Shown piece by piece: positions 47,462-54,642 of a DNA stretch of 64,000 nucleotides. A model generated the notes under the pieces. That model had not been told where the DNA came from, ran no database searches, and saw nothing but the letters and a program-made list of their open reading frames with translations. Every line of letters begins with the position of its first letter. Positions within the stretch are counted from its first letter, which is position 1. The DNA lies in IMG/VR virus record IMGVR_UViG_3300035182_001152; one strand, 5' to 3'. Made by a program: the position numbers and the translations under genes. The DNA is from a virus (taxonomy: Duplodnaviria; Caudoviricetes).

Positions 47462-48058
47462 ATGGCAACAAAAGCACTCCCTACAGCAACGTCACGCAAT
47501 TCCATCACCCAAGCAGGTAAGACGATTTACCTGACAAACAAAGAGTTACTGTCCGCAGTCAAGGACTCAAAAACAAAGGGCCGAATGTCGGACGTGCTGG
47601 CAAAGATGCTGCAACTGTTGTGTTCCCGCTACGCTAAAAAAGGCAACTTCATCAACTATTCATACAATGAAGACATGCAAGCGTACGCCATGATGATGCT
47701 TGTGCGCACATGGAACAGCTTTGACCCCGAGAAGAGCAACAACCCGTTTGCGTTCTTCACGCAGTGCGTCAAAAACTCATTCATCCAGTACCTAAACCAA
47801 GAGCAACGTCAGCGTGACGTGCGTGACCTCCTACTGATTGATCAGGGTCTTAACCCTTCATACGGATACGAAGGGAACGGTCGTCAGGGTATCGAAGATG
47901 AGCAAGACTTTGACTCAATGCGTTCTGTTGTTGAACTCCAGACGCGTGAGCGTTACGTGGATGCCCCGATTGAGCGCGATTCAAAGGGTGCAGAAATCGT
48001 GCCGGTTGAGGTTCCAGTTGGAGATGATGAAACTGTTGATGCCTTAGTGATGTACTAA
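47462..48058 (+). CDS. late-transcription sigma factor (T4 gp55-like)
   Basis: YLTNKELL, NFINYSYNEDM, FDPEKSNNPFAFFTQ; start reassigned to ATG 47462. Confidence 0.92.
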   Translation: MATKALPTATSRNSITQAGKTIYLTNKELLSAVKDSKTKGRMSDVLAKMLQLLCSRYAKKGNFINYSYNEDMQAYAMMMLVRTWNSFDPEKSNNPFAFFTQCVKNSFIQYLNQEQRQRDVRDLLLIDQGLNPSYGYEGNGRQGIEDEQDFDSMRSVVELQTRERYVDAPIERDSKGAEIVPVEVPVGDDETVDALVMY

Positions 48059-48235
48059 GAGAATGAGAACAATAACACGCTCAAACAAATTAGTAATCAA
48101 AGATGGGGTGGCGTGAAGCAAGCTGTTCTCGATACAATGGTCCACAGTGGCCATATCGAACATAAGGATGCAAAGCCTGTTCGAACCATGGACTCTCTTG
48201 AATACATCCTATATGTATTTACAAGAACGGAAGTT

Positions 48236-49297
48236 ATGAAATACAAAAAAACAGCATCGTTTACAGACATCCACTGGGGTGCGAAGACTAATAGTGAACT
48301 TCACAACCAGGATTGCGAACGATTTATAGATTGGTTCTGCGAGCAAGTGCGTAGTGACCCTGAAATTGATCACATTATTTTCATGGGTGATTGGTACGAA
48401 AACCGGTCAGCTCTGAACATTTCAACCTTAACATATTCACACCGGGGAGCATCTAAGTTAAGTGCTCTAGGGTTACCCGTGTTTTTTATCATTGGTAACC
48501 ATGATCTGTATCACCGTCACACACGAGAAATTTATTCACCAATTACATTCAAGCACCTACCTAACTTTGTCATTGTTGACAATCCTGTGGTAGTTCCGGA
48601 GATTGGAACTGGTGCTCTGCTCTCACCGTATCTGTTTCCAGAAGAATATGAAGGGTTAGATCAGCATTTGAAACTGAGTACATGGTGGGGACACTTTGAA
48701 TTCAAAGGATTCGTGATCACAGGCTATAACGTGGTTATGCCTACGGGGCCAGATCCTGTTAAATATGCAGGTCCAGACCATATTTTCTCAGGTCATTTTC
48801 ATCAACGGCAAACGCAAGGAAATATCACCTATATTGGCAACGCCTTCCCGTCGAATTTTGGCGATGCCAATGACTTTGTTCGTGGCATGGCAATCTATGA
48901 TCATGCAAAGAAGAAGCTGTCATTCAAAGATTGGGCTGATTGCCCCAAGTACGTGCGTGTCAAGCTAACGAAGATGCTCGACGAGGACTACGTTCTCCCT
49001 GCAAATGCGCGCGTCAAATGCGTCCTCGATGCCGATTTGACGTTTGAGCAGAGTACTGCCATCCGTGAAGAATACACGGAGAAATTTACTCTCCGTGAGT
49101 TTGCCCTAGAAGAAACCAACGAATTGGATGATGTGCTCAGTAACACCGAATCATCAGCTACGGATGACGTTGGGGAAATGGCTGAAATCAGTGATGTTAA
49201 CACTGTCAATCAGCTGGTGATTCAAATGCTTGCAGATATCAAGAGCGACAAGATTGATTCTGCCGTTCTTGTTGAACAGTACAAAAGACTCGTATGA
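48236..49297 (+). CDS. Mre11/SbcD-like recombination nuclease (T4 gp47-like)
   Basis: TDIHWG, MGDWYENR, IGNHD, GHFE, SGHFH; start reassigned to ATG 48236. Confidence 0.92.
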   Translation: MKYKKTASFTDIHWGAKTNSELHNQDCERFIDWFCEQVRSDPEIDHIIFMGDWYENRSALNISTLTYSHRGASKLSALGLPVFFIIGNHDLYHRHTREIYSPITFKHLPNFVIVDNPVVVPEIGTGALLSPYLFPEEYEGLDQHLKLSTWWGHFEFKGFVITGYNVVMPTGPDPVKYAGPDHIFSGHFHQRQTQGNITYIGNAFPSNFGDANDFVRGMAIYDHAKKKLSFKDWADCPKYVRVKLTKMLDEDYVLPANARVKCVLDADLTFEQSTAIREEYTEKFTLREFALEETNELDDVLSNTESSATDDVGEMAEISDVNTVNQLVIQMLADIKSDKIDSAVLVEQYKRLV

Positions 49298-51063
49298 TTC
49301 GTTTCAAGACATTAACACTCCGCAATTTCCTGTCGTATGGTAACAACGTGACTACGTTCAATCTAGAACGGCCGGGCACCACGCTTATCATTGGACAGGA
49401 TCTCGATACAATGACTGAAGATACCGTCAGTTCCAATGGTGTCGGCAAGACAACATTTCTCCAAGGGTTGGTGTATGCGCTGTTCCAGCGGATCATTGGT
49501 GAGGACTTCACACAAGACAGTCTGATCAACAACATCAACAAGAAGGAAATGGAAGTCACTCTCGAGTTCTACGCTGAGAATGGCAACCTGTACCGAATCG
49601 TCCGCCACCGTAAGATGAGGTCAGGCCCTGAAGGCAATGCAGTCTACCTTTTTGAAAATGGCAAGGACATCTCCGTTGACGTGGGCGGCACGAACAAGAA
49701 AATTGTTGAAGTCCTCGGCATGCCGTACGAGCTATTCGTGCGAATCATCGTGTTCTCCGCCTCCAACGAATCGTTCCTCAAGCTCCCGGTTACCAGCACG
49801 ACTGGCCCGAATCAGAAAACTTTCATTGAGGATTTGTTTGGCCTATCTGTGCTCACTGAGCAAGCTGAAAAGCTGCGTCAGATCATCAAGGATAACAAGG
49901 CTGACATGGATATCAAGCGCGTCAAGATTGAGGCTCACCAAGCTGAACACGCTCGACACCTGGCTCAGATTGAGAAAGCGAAAGAACGGCAGCGACAGTG
50001 GGAAGTTCAACGTGCAAACTCAATTGCGACTCTAGAACGCAAGCAGAAGCTGGTTGAGGGCGTTGACATTGAGCGCGAACGCGTTGCACACCGAAAACTG
50101 AAGCAGGTTGACACGGAAATCCGCGAAATCTCTACGGAAAAGGCTAACGCTGTACGTGAGTGCCGTCAGCATACGCAACAATTGACCAAGATTGACAATG
50201 AAATCGCCTTGTTGGCTGAAAATAAGTGCCCGCACTGTAAGCAGCAGTTCGCCGGCGCGGCTGATGAGATTAAAGTCAAAGAGGCTGAGCTAGTTACCCT
50301 GGATTCCACTATTGAAACTCTGTCGAAAGAGGTTAAAGAGTTGGAAGCAGTGCTTGATGAGCTCGCACGGTTGAAGGAAGCTGTCTCACAGGAGATCACT
50401 GTTGACAACATTGAAGAACTTGCGCGGATTGCAAGTGAGGTGGCGTCATCTCGTGATCAAATTGAAGCTCTGAAGGTTGCGCCGAACCCTCACGATGAAG
50501 CCCTCCAGGAATTGGAGGCTGTTGTGTTAGACGAGGTGAACTTTGATGATCTCAACACGATTCAGCGCGAGATTGATCATCAGAACTTCCTGCTAAAGCT
50601 ACTGACTAAGAGTGACAGCTTCGTGCGCAAGAACCTGCTGAACAAGTACCTACCGTTCCTCAACGGACGTGTTCAGTACTACCTGCAGCTTCTCGGCCTA
50701 CCTCACACAGTTGAGTTCCAAGAGGACCTGACGGCAAAGATTTCACGCAGCGGCGTTGAAACCAAGTTTGGTCTGCTCTCTACTGGTCAGCGTGCCCGCC
50801 TTGACTTCGCATTCTCCGTAGCGTTCAAGGATGTTCGTGAGCGTTTGCATGGCCGTACAAACATCTGCATGTTTGATGAGGTTCTTGACTTCGGTCTTGA
50901 TGCCGTTGGGGTGGTTGCTTGTGCAAAGGTGATTAAGATCCTTGCCCAAACGGAAGGGCTATCAATGTACGTGATCTCACACCGCGCTGAGGTTGAGCGT
51001 GAGTTTGAACGCAAGATGACGATCCAAATGGTCAAGAAATTCTCGTACGTCAAAGAGGACTAA
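49294..51063 (+). CDS. Rad50/SbcC-like recombination ATPase (T4 gp46-like)
   Basis: NFLSYGN, NGVGKT, zinc hook CPHC, signature LSTGQ, Walker B MFDEVLD, ISH. Confidence 0.94.
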   Translation: MIRFKTLTLRNFLSYGNNVTTFNLERPGTTLIIGQDLDTMTEDTVSSNGVGKTTFLQGLVYALFQRIIGEDFTQDSLINNINKKEMEVTLEFYAENGNLYRIVRHRKMRSGPEGNAVYLFENGKDISVDVGGTNKKIVEVLGMPYELFVRIIVFSASNESFLKLPVTSTTGPNQKTFIEDLFGLSVLTEQAEKLRQIIKDNKADMDIKRVKIEAHQAEHARHLAQIEKAKERQRQWEVQRANSIATLERKQKLVEGVDIERERVAHRKLKQVDTEIREISTEKANAVRECRQHTQQLTKIDNEIALLAENKCPHCKQQFAGAADEIKVKEAELVTLDSTIETLSKEVKELEAVLDELARLKEAVSQEITVDNIEELARIASEVASSRDQIEALKVAPNPHDEALQELEAVVLDEVNFDDLNTIQREIDHQNFLLKLLTKSDSFVRKNLLNKYLPFLNGRVQYYLQLLGLPHTVEFQEDLTAKISRSGVETKFGLLSTGQRARLDFAFSVAFKDVRERLHGRTNICMFDEVLDFGLDAVGVVACAKVIKILAQTEGLSMYVISHRAEVEREFERKMTIQMVKKFSYVKED

Positions 51064-51086
51064 ATACACCCTTTAGGAGACGTATC

Positions 51087-51416
51087 ATGCAGATTCAGTG
51101 GGCAAGCTCGTATGTATACATCGTGGCAAACAAGGGTGAGGAAATCACCGAAGAATGGTGGCGCGACCCTAATATCCAACTGATGACGCGACTGAATGAG
51201 GACACCGGCGCATGTTTTGTTATGCGGCGTCGCCCAGAGCCAGCGTCAGTTCGTGAGTGGGTCAATCCTGCAACATTCGCCACCGAGCTGCGCTATTTGC
51301 ATGGGTGGGATTACACAACGGCATATAAGGGTCACATGACCTATGACATTTTGTACCTGCCCCTGGATGGTCACGTGTATACACCACGTGAGCAGGAAAT
51401 GATGAACAACAAATGA
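51087..51416 (+). CDS. paralog 1 of tandem unknown family
   Basis: WWRDPNI...WVNPAT...HVYT; TAAATA at 51061-51066 and AGGAG RBS. Confidence 0.75.
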   Translation: MQIQWASSYVYIVANKGEEITEEWWRDPNIQLMTRLNEDTGACFVMRRRPEPASVREWVNPATFATELRYLHGWDYTTAYKGHMTYDILYLPLDGHVYTPREQEMMNNK

Positions 51417-51754
51417 AGATTCAACGCCTAGACAACCAGTTAATGATCACCGCTCATGGTGATAATCGCGGCGACCCCGATTGGTGGAAAGATCCAACAA
51501 TCAGCATCGTTACATATATGGATTTGGATAGCAAATTGTCGTGGATGGCAACTCGTACTACCCCAAATCCTATCGTGAAAAATTGGGTTAATCCAACAAC
51601 GGGCGTTGTTACATTGCGTGCTGTTTGCTCGTGGGATGTGCAGGGATATGATCGTCGCGGTGAATTCTTCGACTACAGTACGTCATTCCCTGTCAACAAA
51701 CACGTATACACTGACAAGGAAGCGGCGATTTTCAATCGTCGGAATACGCCATGA
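51413..51754 (+). CDS. paralog 2 of tandem unknown family
   Basis: WWKDPTI...WVNPTT...HVYT; ATGA overlap. Confidence 0.75.
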   Translation: MKIQRLDNQLMITAHGDNRGDPDWWKDPTISIVTYMDLDSKLSWMATRTTPNPIVKNWVNPTTGVVTLRAVCSWDVQGYDRRGEFFDYSTSFPVNKHVYTDKEAAIFNRRNTP

Positions 51755-52080
51755 TTACGTTTGACCGCAAGGGATCACTGCTGTTTGTTCAAAAAGACAG
51801 TAGCCACCCTATTGATGGCGACTGGTTTCGTGATCCACTGATTGATACGATCATTGTGCTGAACCTGGAAACAGGTGCGTTTGATACGTTCGAACGCACG
51901 ACTGATAAGCCATACTTCTCCCCATATACAACGACGACCTACATTCTCGTCCACGAATGGCATTTAACTGTCATCGGTCCTGATGGAATCGCACGCGTCG
52001 CGCGCCTTGAAATTGTCGTTAACAGGCATCAATACACAGAGAAGGAGAAGCAGATTTACCTCCGCCGACATGGTAGCTGA
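51751..52080 (+). CDS. paralog 3 of tandem unknown family
   Basis: WFRDPLI...HQYT; ATGA overlap. Confidence 0.75.
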   Translation: MITFDRKGSLLFVQKDSSHPIDGDWFRDPLIDTIIVLNLETGAFDTFERTTDKPYFSPYTTTTYILVHEWHLTVIGPDGIARVARLEIVVNRHQYTEKEKQIYLRRHGS

Positions 52081-52087
52081 CGTGTTT

Positions 52088-52106
52088 AGCACCTTAAATA
52101 GGTGCT
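52088..52106 (+). promoter_or_regulatory. late promoter inside a hairpin
   Basis: AGCACCT-TAAAT-AGGTGCT with TAAATA at 52095-52100. Confidence 0.65.
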
Positions 52107-52121
52107 TTACAGGAGCTATCC

Positions 52122-52601
52122 ATGGAACGAGTACTCGGGATCGATCAATCATACAACAACTGCGGTTTCGTCATGAAAGATGAAGCAAACGCGATGATTG
52201 ATTTTGGTACGTTCAAGTCAGCCAAAGCAAGCGACATCTATGACCGCGCACGACAAATCGCTGGATTCGTTGCCGACAAGGCCGTTGAGCACAACGCTAA
52301 GCGAATTCACATTGAGGGGCTGGCTTTCGGCATTCGTGGTGACGCAACACGCGATCTGGCAGGCTTGCTGTTCACGATCATTACAACGCTACGTAACCGG
52401 AACATAAATGTAGAGGTGGAAATCATCGCTCCCACGTCCCTGAAGAAATTCGCTACAGGTTCTGGGAAGTCCGATAAGGCAGCGATGATTACGGCAGTCC
52501 CAGCCGCTATTCTTGAGAAGTTCACAGAAGCAAAATACAAAAAATCAACTGGATTGGCGGACTTATGCGATGCATACTGGCTGTCCCAGTTCAAGGCATA
52601 A
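52122..52601 (+). CDS. RuvC-like Holliday junction resolvase
   Basis: VLGIDQSY, IHIEGLAFG, PTSLKKFATGSGKSDK, DLCDAY. Confidence 0.88.
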   Translation: MERVLGIDQSYNNCGFVMKDEANAMIDFGTFKSAKASDIYDRARQIAGFVADKAVEHNAKRIHIEGLAFGIRGDATRDLAGLLFTIITTLRNRNINVEVEIIAPTSLKKFATGSGKSDKAAMITAVPAAILEKFTEAKYKKSTGLADLCDAYWLSQFKA

Positions 52602-52630
52602 TACATAGCTACCTAATGCAGGTGCAAGCC

Positions 52631-53182
52631 ATGACAAGAAGCGAAGCCAGACGACTCAATTTGATGTACTATGATGCTACAAGGCCTTGCAAATTAGGTC
52701 ACACAAAGCGCTACACGTCAACTAGGCGATGCTGTGAATGCACTGCTTCACAGGGTAGCGAATGGCGGAGAGTCAACGTAGACCGGGTCAAGCAAACGAG
52801 TGCTGCCTATTACACAAACCATGAAGCTCGGATCCAAGCTCGAACTCACAAGTACTACGAATCTAACAAACAAGCATACAAAAACCGCAGTCATCAATGG
52901 CGTAGATTGAACCCACATAAAATTGTGGAGCATAATCGACTACGAAATACGAGACTGCAGCAGGCAATTCCTGGGTGGTTTGAGGATGATTTGGTTAAGC
53001 AGCTGTACGCAAAGAGAGATGAACTCAATGAAAGGTATGACTGGGAGTTAACAGTAGACCATATTATCCCGCTAAATCCGCGCGACGGATCGGTGTGCGG
53101 ATTGCATTGTTGGGCTAACTTACAACTACCCAGCAAGGGATTAAACGACTCCAAACGCGATAACTATATCACAGACTGGTAA
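52631..53182 (+). mobile_element. free-standing HNH endonuclease
   Basis: TVDHIIPL...VCGLHCWANLQ...NDSK; N-terminal PCKLGH...R..S...CCEC; start set at ATG 52631. Confidence 0.85.
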
Positions 53183-53520
53183 CAAGTCTGTCGCTGAAAC
53201 AACACAGCGTAATAACTAGAAACATCAGGCGGATATACCCTGCTACCGCCGGAGTGGGAACAGATCAGTGCAATGCTGATAACGAGCCCGTGGTATGGAG
53301 TCCACAGAAGTTGACCCGCTTGGGAGTAATGCCCACTTTACAAATCAAACAAGCCTGTGTAGTTCAGGCCGTGAGGTACTTCCAATCAGCCACGTTAGAG
53401 CGGGGCAGGGATCAATTATCGCTGTAGCCGGTAGTTCCGACCAGAAAAACGAATCAGCCATAATGCCGTCACGAAGTAGGCATTATGGCTGATAGCGCAG
53501 CTCCCTATGTTCCGGCCAGC
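53172..53520 (+). ncRNA. candidate large structured non-coding RNA (family unassigned)
   Basis: No credible ORF; at least eight short helices plus two long-range pairings; G-U wobbles favour the plus strand. Confidence 0.5.
53444..53493 (-). terminator. 15-bp hairpin, probable terminator for the gp26/gp51-like transcript
   Basis: ATCAGCCATAATGCC (53453-53467) / GGCATTATGGCTGAT (53479-53493), followed by TCGTTTTT on the minus strand. Confidence 0.6.
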
Positions 53521-53527
53521 TCAGCAG

Positions 53528-53755
53528 TTAGTAGATCGGGTTGGTCTTCTTGGCTTCCATTTCGAGTCGTTTCTCGATGAACTCGCTGACGGCCTCCCGT
53601 TCCACTCGTGTCATCTCGTACATTTCACCGTACTGAATAGCGCCTCGCATGAAGTACACTAACTGGATGATATTCGTCATCATTCGACGTTTATCTTCGC
53701 TCATTCGACGAAACATCTCGCGGACGTCGTCGTGAGAGCCCGAGCTAAGCGTCAT
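53528..53755 (-). CDS. baseplate hub assembly protein (T4 gp51-like)
   Basis: LVYFMRGAIQYGEMYEMTRVERE; ATGA-coupled to the gp26-like gene. Confidence 0.75.
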   Translation of the reverse strand: MTLSSGSHDDVREMFRRMSEDKRRMMTNIIQLVYFMRGAIQYGEMYEMTRVEREAVSEFIEKRLEMEAKKTNPIY

Positions 53756-54555
53756 GTAAAAAAACTGACGGGGTTCGCAGAAATCTGGACTGGCATAGTC
53801 TTCTTGCAGTCCTTACACACCTGCTCAGAAACGAACTCAATACCCCACGAAGTAGCATGCTGAGCAGTGCGCTCAATCATCTTCTTCCAGCCGAGGGGCA
53901 ATGAGATCACCCATTCACGGATGTCGTTGCGGTCTGAAACATCGTCAACACGACGGATCACACCGGTAAGAGTGTTAATGATCAACGCTTCTGCCTCCAC
54001 GTGCGTGATGTCTTCCGTCTTCGTCAAAGCGGTCGTCTGGTACAACTCAACAACATCGCTGTATGTCAAGGGCTTGAGAACGACAACCTGACCATTCGGA
54101 AGTGTTGTTTTGTACTCCTCATTGATTACCGTTGGGTCAATCACCTTTGTATTGCGGATCATCTGCTGCATATCAACCATGTAGTTGTGCGTCTTCGCAC
54201 CTTCACACGTGTGGCGATACGACACTTCCATGAATTGTCCGAAAGACACCTCACGCAGACACGCCAGCAGGAAGTCCACATCTTTTGATAGGAGCTTACC
54301 TGGCTTCAACACCTGTGGAATACAGTTGGCGAAGATTTCCGTCACTGCCTTCCCTGACAGTAGCTTGTCAGGCGTGCTCAGAATGATTTCATCCATTGCC
54401 GTCATTGGGCGAACTTCAACCTCACCGCCCTTGACGCTCGGATCCAACTCACCATCATCGTAAAAAAGACCTTGAGATGGTAAGCGGTACGTGACACCAG
54501 GGACGCGTAAGCGTTCCAATAGTGGGTTCGTACGCTTTGTTACTTGTTCTGACAT
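53752..54555 (-). CDS. baseplate hub subunit/chaperone (T4 gp26-like)
   Basis: YRLPSQG, VRPMTAMDE, DVDFLLACLR.VSFG, C-terminal CKDC; TATTTA at 54577-54582. Confidence 0.82.
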   Translation of the reverse strand: MSEQVTKRTNPLLERLRVPGVTYRLPSQGLFYDDGELDPSVKGGEVEVRPMTAMDEIILSTPDKLLSGKAVTEIFANCIPQVLKPGKLLSKDVDFLLACLREVSFGQFMEVSYRHTCEGAKTHNYMVDMQQMIRNTKVIDPTVINEEYKTTLPNGQVVVLKPLTYSDVVELYQTTALTKTEDITHVEAEALIINTLTGVIRRVDDVSDRNDIREWVISLPLGWKKMIERTAQHATSWGIEFVSEQVCKDCKKTMPVQISANPVSFFT

Positions 54556-54642
54556 TGTTATCTCCTTTGATGGAGCTATTTAGGCAGGTTCCCTTAACGG
54601 GGGGACACAGCGATAAATATCGAAAGTAAAGGGTATAACACC

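Noticed and set aside
53297-53312. GAGTCCACAGAAG resembling RNase P conserved regions
   Set aside because: No CR-I GAGGAAAGUCC or CR-V ACAGAA...GGCUUA context was found.
53370-53397. CGTG...GCCACGTTA resembling the pistol ribozyme P1
   Set aside because: The required pseudoknot loop and conserved downstream nucleotides were not found, and the match is limited to a short stem.
52122-53520. RuvC-like gene + HNH gene + structured RNA read as a split Cas9/IscB-like system
   Set aside because: The RuvC-like protein is a complete 159-aa resolvase with its own late promoter and no bridge helix or split motifs. No guide array or repeats were seen. Only the HNH-RNA association is kept as a finding.
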